Notes under the pieces: model-generated
What the model saw: only the letters and a program-made list of their open reading frames with translations
What the model was told of the DNA's origin: nothing
The model's database searches: none
Shown: piece by piece, positions 8,301 through 15,910 of the stretch
Layout of the letters: each line of letters begins with the position of its first letter
Position numbering within the stretch: position 1 is the stretch's first letter
Program-made: the position numbers and the translations under genes
From: Candidatus Kaiserbacteria bacterium
Lineage (GTDB): Bacteria > Patescibacteriota > Minisyncoccia > Phycocordibacterales > UBA2100
Reading direction: 5' to 3'
DNA length: 64,000 bases
NCBI GenBank assembly: GCA_028286865.1
Contig: JAQBQU010000010.1
Coordinates: 6,143-70,142, forward strand

Positions 8301-8532
8301 GAACGTATCCGACCTTCTCGCATCCGGCGATCTTGATCTTATCGTGAACGTTCCCGAGCGTGCGCTCGCACGCAACGCCGAAGACGGCTTCGCACTTCGC
8401 CGCAAAGCGGTCGACCTTAATATTCCGCTTATCACGAATCGTCAGCTCGCGGAATCATTCGTCTCGGCATTCCATGAGATATGCACGCAGAAGATCGTGA
8501 TCAAGTCGTGGGACGAGTATCGTGCCACATAA
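5341..8532 (+). CDS. carB: Carbamoyl-phosphate synthase large subunit
   Basis: 1063 aa with duplicated ATP-grasp halves and an MGS-like C-terminus. It has an ATGA start/stop overlap with carA. Confidence 0.95.
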   Translation: MRPKMPKKVLLLGSGGLRIGQAGEFDYSGSQAIKAMKEEGIEIVLMNPNIATVQTDERLADTVYFLPLTIEFATKIIEKERPDAIFLSFGGQTALNLGLSLEEKGILKKYDVAVLGTPVDTIRNTEDRDLFVEKLKEIDVKTAISRGTRNIAQALSAAQEIGYPVMVRAGFALGGEGSGMVADPKELREKLEEVFRNVDQVLIEEYLGGWKEVEYEVVRDRSNNCITVCNMENIDPMGIHTGESIVVAPSQTLSNFEYHMLREVALKTIRHLGIVGECNIQYALDPMSHEYRVIEVNARLSRSSALASKATGYPLAFVAAKLGLGYTLTEIKNSVTGKTSACFEPALDYVVLKMPRWDLAKFEGAATRIGTEMKSVGEVMAIGRNFEEVLQKALRMLNVGAMGFTAQKNATFSIPNYKKEIRFATTRRIFALGEALRSGVTTKEIHALSRIDMWFLDKMKHIIDIEKSLKQKRLDAPRLLEAKRNGFSDAQIAVIKRSTEEKVRALRHKYGIRPWIKQIDTLAGEFPAKTNYLYVTYHGSEHDIGRGVNQVAVLGSGPYCIGSSVEFDWSCVQALKTLKREGSNTIMINSNPETVSTDYDMSDRLYFEELSLERILDITDFENPKGVVISTGGQIPNNLALPLERNGVPVMGTAPENIDRAEDRHVFSKMLDRLEIDQPQWVELTTPLAAKKAAKELGYPVLVRPSYVLSGAAMSVAYDEKALMKFLKRATDVSNDHPVVISKFIENAREIEIDGVASKGKLAIYAITEHVENAGTHSGDATVVLPPQRTYLETIRRAKASAKRIVKELNITGPFNIQFLAKENHILVIECNARASRSFPFVSKVTGYNFIDIAVRALLGKDVHADYHTVEIDTVAVKSPQFSYSRIKGADPIHYVEMASTGEVACFGDSYSEALIKSMMAAGFRLPKKNILVSLGKEENQVKLLPSIRTLSEMGFKLFATEHTADFLLDNKVKCTKVYKMGRKNKPNVSDLLASGDLDLIVNVPERALARNAEDGFALRRKAVDLNIPLITNRQLAESFVSAFHEICTQKIVIKSWDEYRAT

Positions 8533-8564
8533 AAAAGTTGGGATATGTTCCCGAACAAAGTGAA

Positions 8565-8593
8565 AACCCAACGCGGAACATCCGCGTTGGGTT
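8565..8593. terminator. Bidirectional terminator between convergent carB and ilvD
   Basis: AACCCAACGCGGA-ACA-TCCGCGTTGGGTT, a 13-bp stem with U-rich tails on both strands. Confidence 0.7.
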
Positions 8594-8619
8594 GGTTTAT
8601 TGCGATTGCTCAGTGCCGA

Positions 8620-10293
8620 TCAGATGCAGGCGCCTTCACTCGAAGGGCCAACATTGCGGATGTAGATGCCGAGAACACCGCTGTCGAAACGTGGTTTCGG
8701 CTGTACCCATTCCGCACGTCGCCGAGCAATTTCTTCCTCGGGGACGTTGAGCTGCACCAGGTTCCGCTCGGCATCGATAGTGATCATGTCGCCATCTTTG
8801 ATCAGTGCGATTACGCCACCGTCGTATGCCTCGGGATCAACATGCCCGACAGCGAAGCCGCGCGTTCCACCGGAGAACCGTCCATCGGTGAGAAGCGCAA
8901 CTTGTCCGTCGAGACCTTGTCCGGAGAGTTCCGAGGTCGGCGCGAGCATTTCACGCATTCCCGGACCGCCCTTCGGGCCTTCGTTCCGAACGACAACAAC
9001 GTCGCCCGGCACAATCTTCAGAGCACGAATTGCCTTCGCACAGTCTTCTTCCGATTCGAACACGCGCGCAGGGCCCGTGATCGAAGGATTTGCGAGGCCC
9101 GTGATCTTCGCCACCGCGCCGTTCGGAGCAAGGTTGCCCTTCAAGATGGCGAGGTGCCCATGTTTGTGCATGGGATTGGACCACGGACGAACAACGTCCT
9201 GGCCTTCCGGTGGTTCCGACGGAACCCCTTCCAGCATTTCACCCATCGTCTTCCCGTGGATAGTCATGCAGCCCTCGTTCAGTTCGCCATGTTTACGCAG
9301 CATGCTGAGAAGGAGCGGCACGCCGCCGACTCGGTTGAAGTCGACGGCAAGGTATTGGCCCCACGGCTTCATGTTGCAAACCACGGGCACCATCAGGCGC
9401 ACGCGCTCGAAGTCGTTGATTGTCCACTCCACTTTCGCAGCGCGGGCAATCGCCATGCCGTGCAGGATGAGGTTGGTTGAACCGCCAGCCATCATGACCA
9501 CCTTCACCGCGTTCTCGAAGGACTTCCGAGTGATGATTTTCCGCGGCGTAAGGTCGTCGCGGATTGCATCAATAAGAAGCCGCGCCGAGACTTCGACGGA
9601 GTCGAGTTTCTCGTCAGCGACGGCGGCCAACTGCGATGAGCGCAAACGACTCATGCCGAGAGCTTCCGCAAATGCTGAGAAGGTATTGGCGGTGTACATG
9701 CCGCCGCACGCCCCAGGGCCCGGGCACGCATGTCGCTCGATCGCATCGAATTGTTCGCGATCGATTTTGCCGGCGCTGAGCTGCCCAACGGCGATGAACG
9801 GGTCGATAATCGTGAGATCACGTCCGTTCAACTTGCCGGGCATGATTGTGCCGCCGTACTCGAAGACAGAGGGCACGTTCATTTCAGCCATCGCAATCAA
9901 AATGCCGGGCTGGTTCTTGTCGCACGCGCCGATGGCCATGAAGCCATCCATCGCGTGTCCCATAACCCCACATTCAATCGACTGCGCGATCACGCCACGT
10001 GACACCAGCGAATATCTCATCGCCGGCGTGCCCATGCTGGTGCCGTCGGTGACGGTCGAAAAACCGAACGTCTGAGGCATCGCACCGGCCGACAACAGTG
10101 CCTTTTTCGCGCGCTCGACGAGTGGACGAATACCGGCGTTGCAGGTGCTGACGGTCGCGTGACCGTCGGCGATCCCAACCTTTGGCTTCGCCATGTCGGC
10201 ATCGGTATAGCCGAGACCGCGGACCATTGCACGCGCAGGCGAACGGTCGTCGCCCTTGTAAATCACATCGGATCGTCTGGTGAGGCTTTTCAA
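8620..10293 (-). CDS. ilvD: IlvD/Edd-family dehydratase (dihydroxy-acid or sugar-acid dehydratase)
   Basis: Family motifs CDKNQPG, ACPGPGACGGMYTANT and LLTDGRFSGGTRG. The ORF is open to a TTG at 10386, 1 nt after the uvrA stop. I prefer the TTG at 10293 because it is preceded by GGGAG and gives MKSLTRRSDVIYKG. Confidence 0.85.
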   Translation of the reverse strand: MKSLTRRSDVIYKGDDRSPARAMVRGLGYTDADMAKPKVGIADGHATVSTCNAGIRPLVERAKKALLSAGAMPQTFGFSTVTDGTSMGTPAMRYSLVSRGVIAQSIECGVMGHAMDGFMAIGACDKNQPGILIAMAEMNVPSVFEYGGTIMPGKLNGRDLTIIDPFIAVGQLSAGKIDREQFDAIERHACPGPGACGGMYTANTFSAFAEALGMSRLRSSQLAAVADEKLDSVEVSARLLIDAIRDDLTPRKIITRKSFENAVKVVMMAGGSTNLILHGMAIARAAKVEWTINDFERVRLMVPVVCNMKPWGQYLAVDFNRVGGVPLLLSMLRKHGELNEGCMTIHGKTMGEMLEGVPSEPPEGQDVVRPWSNPMHKHGHLAILKGNLAPNGAVAKITGLANPSITGPARVFESEEDCAKAIRALKIVPGDVVVVRNEGPKGGPGMREMLAPTSELSGQGLDGQVALLTDGRFSGGTRGFAVGHVDPEAYDGGVIALIKDGDMITIDAERNLVQLNVPEEEIARRRAEWVQPKPRFDSGVLGIYIRNVGPSSEGACI

Positions 10294-10387
10294 TTTCAAA
10301 CTCCCATCTGTCAAACAGCGAAAATCCCCGGTATTCAATAGTCCCGGGGCGACGAAAACTTTACATAAATCACGAGTCGATGTCAAC

Positions 10388-13033
10388 CTAGGACTTCTTT
10401 GCTTTCTTCAGTATCTTTTTGAGGTAGTAGCCGGTGTGTGAGCCTTCGGTGCGCGCCACTTCTTCGGGCGTGCCTTTGGCCACGATATTGCCGCCTCCTT
10501 CTCCCCCTTCAGGGCCCATGTCGATAAGGTAATCAGCGCACTTTAGGAGATCGAGATTGTGCTCGATCACGACGACCGTGTTGCCGCGGTCAACGAGCTT
10601 CTGAAGAATGTCGATGAGCTTCGCGACGTCGTCGTAATGAAGTCCGACCGTCGGCTCATCAAGAAGATAAATGCTCTTAGTGATGTGCGGACGATACAGT
10701 TCCGACGCGATCTTGACGCGCTGTGCTTCACCTCCGGAGAGCGTCGTCGCACTCTGACCAAGCTCAAGGTAAGAAAGGCCCACATCGGCGAGCGTACTCA
10801 ATCGGTCATGGATCGCTGGAATATCCTCGAAAAAATTTATGGCCTGCTCGACGGTCATGGTGAGCACATCGTGAATACTCTTCTTCTTGTACTTCACTTC
10901 GAGCGTCTCTTTCATAAAACGCTTGCCGTTGCAGACATCGCAGGTCACGTAGACCGTCGGAAGGAAGTGCATCTCCACTGCGACAAGGCCGTTGCCTTGG
11001 CATGCCTCGCAGCGACCGCCTTTGACGTTGAATGAGAAGCGTCCCGGTCCCCATCCGCGCGCCTTGCTCTCTTCGCTCATCGCGAACATGTCGCGGATGT
11101 GCGTCCATGCACCGGTGTATGTGGCGGGATTCGAGCGCGGCGTGCGACCGATTGCTGACTGATCGATGAGGATCGCACGGCCGAGATATTCGGTGCCGGC
11201 GAATTCTTTGCAGTTGTATATCTTGGCCGTACGGAAACGCTTGTCGAAGCGCGCCTGAAGATTGCGATGCAGGATTTCGTACAAGAAGGTCGATTTGCCC
11301 GATCCCGAGACACCCGTGATACCCACGAGCTTATTGAGCGGGATATCTACGTTGAGATCCTTCATGTTGAACTTATTGGCTCCGCGCACCTTGATCTTCC
11401 CGCGATCAGCGGTACGACGGTGCTCGGGAAGCTCGATGCGGATCTCATCACGGAGGTATCCGAGCGTGCGCGATTTACTCTTGTTGGTCTTCGCGGTGAG
11501 CAGTTCGTCGAGCCAGCCGGCGGCAACGATATTGCCGCCATGCACTCCGGCGCCCGGACCGATGTCGATGATGTAGTCGGATGCATAGATCGTATCTTCG
11601 TCGTGCTCGACCACGAGCACGCTGTTACCGAGATCCCGCAAATGTTTGAGCGTGACGATGAGCTTATCGTTGTCGCGCTGGTGAAGACCGATGGTCGGCT
11701 CATCGAGCACATACAAAGCGCCCACGAGGCCGGAGCCGAGCTGCGAGGCCAAGCGGATGCGTTGTGCCTCGCCGCCGGAGAGCGTATTGGCCTTTCGATC
11801 GAGTGTGAGGTATTCGATACCCACATTGAGCATGAACTGCAGGCGCGACGTGATCTCCTTGATCACCTGGCGCGAGATCTCTTCTTCTTTTTTGGTAAGT
11901 TTGAGCTTATTGAAAAAATCCATCGCGTGCTCAATGGAAAGCGATGAGAGATTCACGATGTTGGTGCCCTTCGCCGGACCTTTATGATCCGCCGGCGCTT
12001 CTACATGCCCGAGAAAGACGTTGAGCGCCTCGGGACGAAGTCGTGCACCTTCGCAGACAGGACACGCCTCGTCGCTGAAAAGATACTTGGTACCAAGACC
12101 CTTACACTCGGGGCATGCACCGTACGGTGAATTGAAAGAGAAGAGTCGCGGTTCGACTTCGGGGAATGAAAACCCGTCGTACGGGCACAAGAATTTTGCC
12201 GAAACGATATGAGTAGAGCCGTCGGCGTCCATGATGCGCACTAATCCGTCGGATTCGAGGAGAGCGCGTTCGATGGCCTCCGAGGCCCGCTCGAAAGAGC
12301 CCTTCTTGTCGTCGCTGAACTCGCTGACGAATATCTCGTCGACGATGATATCGATATCGTGGCGGTCGTTCTTCTCGAGCACGATGCGCTCGCGAAGTGA
12401 TTTCTCCTTACCGTCGATGATGGCCTTTTCGTATCCCTTGCCGAGCATGTCGTAGAGCAACTGGTAGTACTCACCTTTGCGCCCTACAACGATGGGAGCA
12501 AGTATTTTGATCTTCGCATCGGTCACACCGGACGTGAGATTCTTCTTAGCTTCGGCCTTTCCCTTCTTTTGTGCTTTTTCGACGAGCTCAAGCACTGATT
12601 CGAGTATCTCTTCGTTGGTGAGCTTCTTTACTTCGCGTCCGCAGACCGGGCAGTGCGGATGTCCGATGCGCGCATACAAGACGCGCAGATAGTCGTATAT
12701 CTCGGTGATCGTCGCCACGGTTGAGCGTGGATTATTAGAGCGACTTTTCTGATCGATCGAGATCGCTGGAGAGAGTCCCGTTATCTCGTCGAGATCGGGC
12801 TTCTGCATCTGACGCAGGAATTGGCGGGCATAGGCGGAGAGTGATTCCACATATTTTCGCTGACCTTCGGCAAAGATAGTGTCGAACGCGAGCGATGACT
12901 TACCCGAGCCGGAGAGGCCGGTGAAGACCACCATTTTGCCGCGCGGCATTTCAACGCTCACATTCTTGAGATTGTGAGTACGGGCGCCTTTGATGACGAT
13001 CTTGTCGTTTTCGTCCATGCGTTTGTCTGCCAT
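10388..13033 (-). CDS. uvrA: Excinuclease ABC subunit A
   Basis: 881 aa with [34 protein letters not shown], CxxC zinc modules and a second Walker [10 protein letters not shown]. Confidence 0.95.
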   Translation of the reverse strand: MADKRMDENDKIVIKGARTHNLKNVSVEMPRGKMVVFTGLSGSGKSSLAFDTIFAEGQRKYVESLSAYARQFLRQMQKPDLDEITGLSPAISIDQKSRSNNPRSTVATITEIYDYLRVLYARIGHPHCPVCGREVKKLTNEEILESVLELVEKAQKKGKAEAKKNLTSGVTDAKIKILAPIVVGRKGEYYQLLYDMLGKGYEKAIIDGKEKSLRERIVLEKNDRHDIDIIVDEIFVSEFSDDKKGSFERASEAIERALLESDGLVRIMDADGSTHIVSAKFLCPYDGFSFPEVEPRLFSFNSPYGACPECKGLGTKYLFSDEACPVCEGARLRPEALNVFLGHVEAPADHKGPAKGTNIVNLSSLSIEHAMDFFNKLKLTKKEEEISRQVIKEITSRLQFMLNVGIEYLTLDRKANTLSGGEAQRIRLASQLGSGLVGALYVLDEPTIGLHQRDNDKLIVTLKHLRDLGNSVLVVEHDEDTIYASDYIIDIGPGAGVHGGNIVAAGWLDELLTAKTNKSKSRTLGYLRDEIRIELPEHRRTADRGKIKVRGANKFNMKDLNVDIPLNKLVGITGVSGSGKSTFLYEILHRNLQARFDKRFRTAKIYNCKEFAGTEYLGRAILIDQSAIGRTPRSNPATYTGAWTHIRDMFAMSEESKARGWGPGRFSFNVKGGRCEACQGNGLVAVEMHFLPTVYVTCDVCNGKRFMKETLEVKYKKKSIHDVLTMTVEQAINFFEDIPAIHDRLSTLADVGLSYLELGQSATTLSGGEAQRVKIASELYRPHITKSIYLLDEPTVGLHYDDVAKLIDILQKLVDRGNTVVVIEHNLDLLKCADYLIDMGPEGGEGGGNIVAKGTPEEVARTEGSHTGYYLKKILKKAKKS

Positions 13034-13136
13034 AGCAAATGTTTCTGACCCCCTGCTTACGCTGGGGGGTTGGATGTAGACATTATATCACAAAGCGCTT
13101 ATTCTGGCCGTGGCACATCATTGAGGGAGTTCGTGT

Positions 13137-13601
13137 ATGTATCGCAGTCTGCGGATCGAATCTGCGGAAGCACAGAAATTCCGCGCTCAACACCTGACTG
13201 ATCGAGGTCTTATAATTGACGAGTGGGACCGGATCAGTTTCCATTACGGGGTATGCGGCGATACGGGTCTCGTTGCCGTCTTTAGGCTCACCGCAGTGCT
13301 TGAACAGAAGCTGCCGTTCACCGGGCATGTGAAGCCAGAAGCGCCCCTGAAGAACAATAGCTTAGAGATCGGACGGTTACTTATTGCGCCCGCAGCGAGG
13401 CAAAGCTTACTGGGGCTTAAGGTTTACCGGACGGTGCAGGCTTCACTCGCCTCGAGCGGCTGCATATACGCGTACGCCGACAGCATCGCAAAGTCGGGGT
13501 TGACGCACCTCGGCTTTCGAAGAACGACTGCGACATATTTCGATGAACGATATGGCGCACAGAGTACCGTCTATGAGGCGTTCATCATTGACCTGCTTTG
13601 A
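13137..13601 (+). CDS. Small GNAT-fold N-acyltransferase-like protein (LuxI/OlsB-like pattern)
   Basis: 154 aa with a GAGGGAG RBS 7 nt upstream. The pattern DEWD...GLVAVFRL...SLEIGRLLI resembles the E-x-D / G..RL / E-x-(S/G)-R blocks of autoinducer-synthase and Acetyltransf_5 type GNATs. The assignment was made by eye only. Confidence 0.45.
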   Translation: MYRSLRIESAEAQKFRAQHLTDRGLIIDEWDRISFHYGVCGDTGLVAVFRLTAVLEQKLPFTGHVKPEAPLKNNSLEIGRLLIAPAARQSLLGLKVYRTVQASLASSGCIYAYADSIAKSGLTHLGFRRTTATYFDERYGAQSTVYEAFIIDLL

Positions 13602-13619
13602 TCACACGCATCCAATATT

Positions 13620-13650
13620 AAAAGGCCGGGCAATGCGCCCGGCCTTTTTT
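13620..13650. terminator. Bidirectional terminator (copy 1 of a repeated hairpin)
   Basis: AAAA-GGCCGGGC-AATGC-GCCCGGCC-TTTTTT, sitting between two convergent genes. Confidence 0.75.
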
Positions 13651-13669
13651 CGAATAAGCGGTATTTGGA

Positions 13670-14383
13670 TCAGAACGTCTTGACCGCCTTGGCGAAAAAC
13701 GTAAGCCCTCCGGAATCGCCGTCCGGACCGTTGGTGTAGCGCTTGCCGGCGTAGCGGATCGCGGGAAGTGTGACTTCAAAGCTCTTGTCGAGCTTAAACA
13801 CGAGTCCCGCATCTACGACCCCGTTGATGCCCGGTTTTCCGAACACGCCCGTGCCATACACGACGCGTGCCCCGGTGTCTACGGACAACAGATCGCTGAG
13901 GTTGTGCCGTACCCAGACGCCCACATGGGTGCCGATGGCAGCATGTCCGTTGAGCAGTTGCCAGTAGTCGACACGAGCATACGGGGAGATCACCGACGCG
14001 CCGACCTCGAAGTCCTTCCAGAGCTTGGAACCGACGACGACTGCGTCGCCGAGACTCCGTGTGGCACCCGAGAGACTCAGATACGTGACGCTCAGATCGA
14101 GCTTCATTTTTCCGATCGGTACGACGAGACCTGCGAACGCGTCGGTCTCGTTATTGGGCGTGCGCTGATACGCACCGAAGTATGCGCCGTTCGTAAGCGC
14201 CGCCGAGATACTTGTCCACATCACGGGACCTCTCTTCTCGCCCGGATAACTGAAATCGGGTCCGATCCAGTTAGTCCCGAACCACAGGGCGGTTGTGATC
14301 GATTCGATCTTCAGATCGCTCGCATGTGCAGCAGAGGTGCACATGAAAAGCCCGAAGAAGAATGCTCTCAGATACGAGTACAT
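13670..14383 (-). CDS. Secreted beta-barrel-like protein (outer-membrane-protein-like)
   Basis: 237 aa with a signal peptide (FFFGLFMCTSAAHA-SD), alternating amphipathic strands rich in Y/W/G, and a C-terminal ...FAKAVKTF ending in Phe. It has its own promoter and terminator. Confidence 0.6.
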   Translation of the reverse strand: MYSYLRAFFFGLFMCTSAAHASDLKIESITTALWFGTNWIGPDFSYPGEKRGPVMWTSISAALTNGAYFGAYQRTPNNETDAFAGLVVPIGKMKLDLSVTYLSLSGATRSLGDAVVVGSKLWKDFEVGASVISPYARVDYWQLLNGHAAIGTHVGVWVRHNLSDLLSVDTGARVVYGTGVFGKPGINGVVDAGLVFKLDKSFEVTLPAIRYAGKRYTNGPDGDSGGLTFFAKAVKTF

Positions 14384-14428
14384 GGTGCCCCCTTGGCAAG
14401 CCTGGTTGAGACAAATTACACTGGCAAC

Positions 14429-14457
14429 GTAATACCATTGAAGTAGTGAGGTGTCAA
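14429..14457 (-). promoter_or_regulatory. Sigma70-like promoter of the beta-barrel gene
   Basis: The minus strand reads TTGACA, 17 nt, TATTAC. An AAGGGGG RBS precedes the ATG at 14383. Confidence 0.45.
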
Positions 14458-14480
14458 CCTTATCGATATTCTACAAATGA

Positions 14481-14504
14481 AAAGACCGGGCAATGCGCCC
14501 GGCC
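14481..14504 (-). terminator. Terminator of the receiver gene (copy 2 of the repeated hairpin)
   Basis: GACCGGGC-AATGC-GCCCGGCC. On the minus strand it is followed by UCUUUUCAUUU. The 19-mer CCGGGCAATGCGCCCGGCC is identical to 13626-13644. Confidence 0.65.
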
Positions 14505-14528
14505 TTCGTCATAAATAATTTGCCTGCC

Positions 14529-14909
14529 TTAACGTTCGCAGACGATATCGACCACGTTAGCGATCTCTTCGTCCTTAGACAGATACTTGAGATCTTCGGT
14601 GGTTGAATCGCCGGCATCGATACCGGTCACCTTCTCGAATGAGCACGAGGAGTGCGACGTAAAGCTTATTGCTCGGATCAATTCGTGTCCGGGCAGCTGC
14701 CGGATCAACGAGACCATTTGTGCTCCGCTGCCGTCGCGACCCAGATGTGTGACGATGGTATCCCAATCAGGAATGTGGGGCATCATCGCTGTCACTGCAC
14801 GGTGGCTCTCATAGACGTCGACACGGCAACCCGCGTCGGTCAGAGCCTTATAAAGTGCCTCACGCATTTCCTTGTCTTCCTCGACCACGCAAATGCGAGC
14901 ATGTGCCAT
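14529..14909 (-). CDS. Stand-alone receiver (CheY-like) domain protein, atypical
   Basis: 126 aa. It has beta1 plus an acidic pair (RICVVEEDKE) and the beta3 region DTIVTHLGRDGSG. His sits where the phospho-acceptor Asp is expected, and there is no output domain. Confidence 0.55.
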   Translation of the reverse strand: MAHARICVVEEDKEMREALYKALTDAGCRVDVYESHRAVTAMMPHIPDWDTIVTHLGRDGSGAQMVSLIRQLPGHELIRAISFTSHSSCSFEKVTGIDAGDSTTEDLKYLSKDEEIANVVDIVCER

Positions 14910-14977
14910 CTCTACCTCCTACAGCCGGGCACGTGAAATTCCTCGGCAACAGTACTATCCCTCGGCATCTGCGTCCA

Positions 14978-15910
14978 CTACATCATTGCCGCTTCTTCTT
15001 GGAGTTCGACGCCGAATTGAGCGGCGACGTCGAGCTTGATCACTTGAGCAAGATTGCGTACATCATGCGCCGTCGCATTACCCGTGTTCACGATGTAGTT
15101 CGGATGCTGCTCACTCGCTATCGCATCCCCTACCCGATGACCTTTGAGTCCCGCCTTTTCGATCAGCCATCCCGCTGGCACTCGCCCGCCGCGCGCTTTT
15201 ACTCCCTTTTCGGACTCGAACATATCAATAATATTTTGCGGAGCTGTCGGATTCATAAAAAAACTGCCTGCCGCTCGCACATTCTGCAAATGCCGCTTCT
15301 CGCGCTCCGCGATCGTCTCCTCGGCGAGGCGCTTTGAAGTTTGCGGATCAGTTTGCAGTAATTCAACGGTAACGCCCGTGATCACCCACTCCGGATGATC
15401 CTTGAAATATGAATGTCGGTATGAGAAATCACATTCCGCATTTGAAAAATCCCTTGCCTCGCCCGATACGATATTGATAGCGCGCACATTCCGGACGAAA
15501 TCTTTTATCTCGGGTCCGAACGCACCCGCATTGCCTCGCGCAGCTCCTCCGATCGAACCGGGAATACCGGCGAGCTTCTCCCACCCTCCCAGATCCTTTT
15601 CCGCCGCTGCATTGATGAGTCCCAGCAAATTGCATCCCGCTTCTGCACTCACGGTGACACCATTGATGGAGTGTTCGCCTTCCCCGATGCGGATAACCAG
15701 CCCCTGCATGCCACCGTCGGGGATGAGTACATTGCTCCCGCCGGCAAGTATCGTCATTTTGAGTCCCTTCTCTTTGGTATAGGCGAGCGCTTCCAGAATT
15801 TCGGCCTCGTTCTTAACTTCGACGATGTATTGCGCCGGGCCTCCGATCTCAAAGGTCGTGAGCGGAGCCAGCGGCACGTTCTCGCGGATATTAAGCGCCA
15901 TATTCTTCAT
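14978..15910 (-). CDS. murB: UDP-N-acetylenolpyruvoylglucosamine reductase
   Basis: 310 aa with LAPLTTFEIGGPA, the FAD-binding GGSNVL motif and GSFFMNP. It overlaps the uvrB end by 20 nt. Confidence 0.9.
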   Translation of the reverse strand: MKNMALNIRENVPLAPLTTFEIGGPAQYIVEVKNEAEILEALAYTKEKGLKMTILAGGSNVLIPDGGMQGLVIRIGEGEHSINGVTVSAEAGCNLLGLINAAAEKDLGGWEKLAGIPGSIGGAARGNAGAFGPEIKDFVRNVRAINIVSGEARDFSNAECDFSYRHSYFKDHPEWVITGVTVELLQTDPQTSKRLAEETIAEREKRHLQNVRAAGSFFMNPTAPQNIIDMFESEKGVKARGGRVPAGWLIEKAGLKGHRVGDAIASEQHPNYIVNTGNATAHDVRNLAQVIKLDVAAQFGVELQEEAAMM

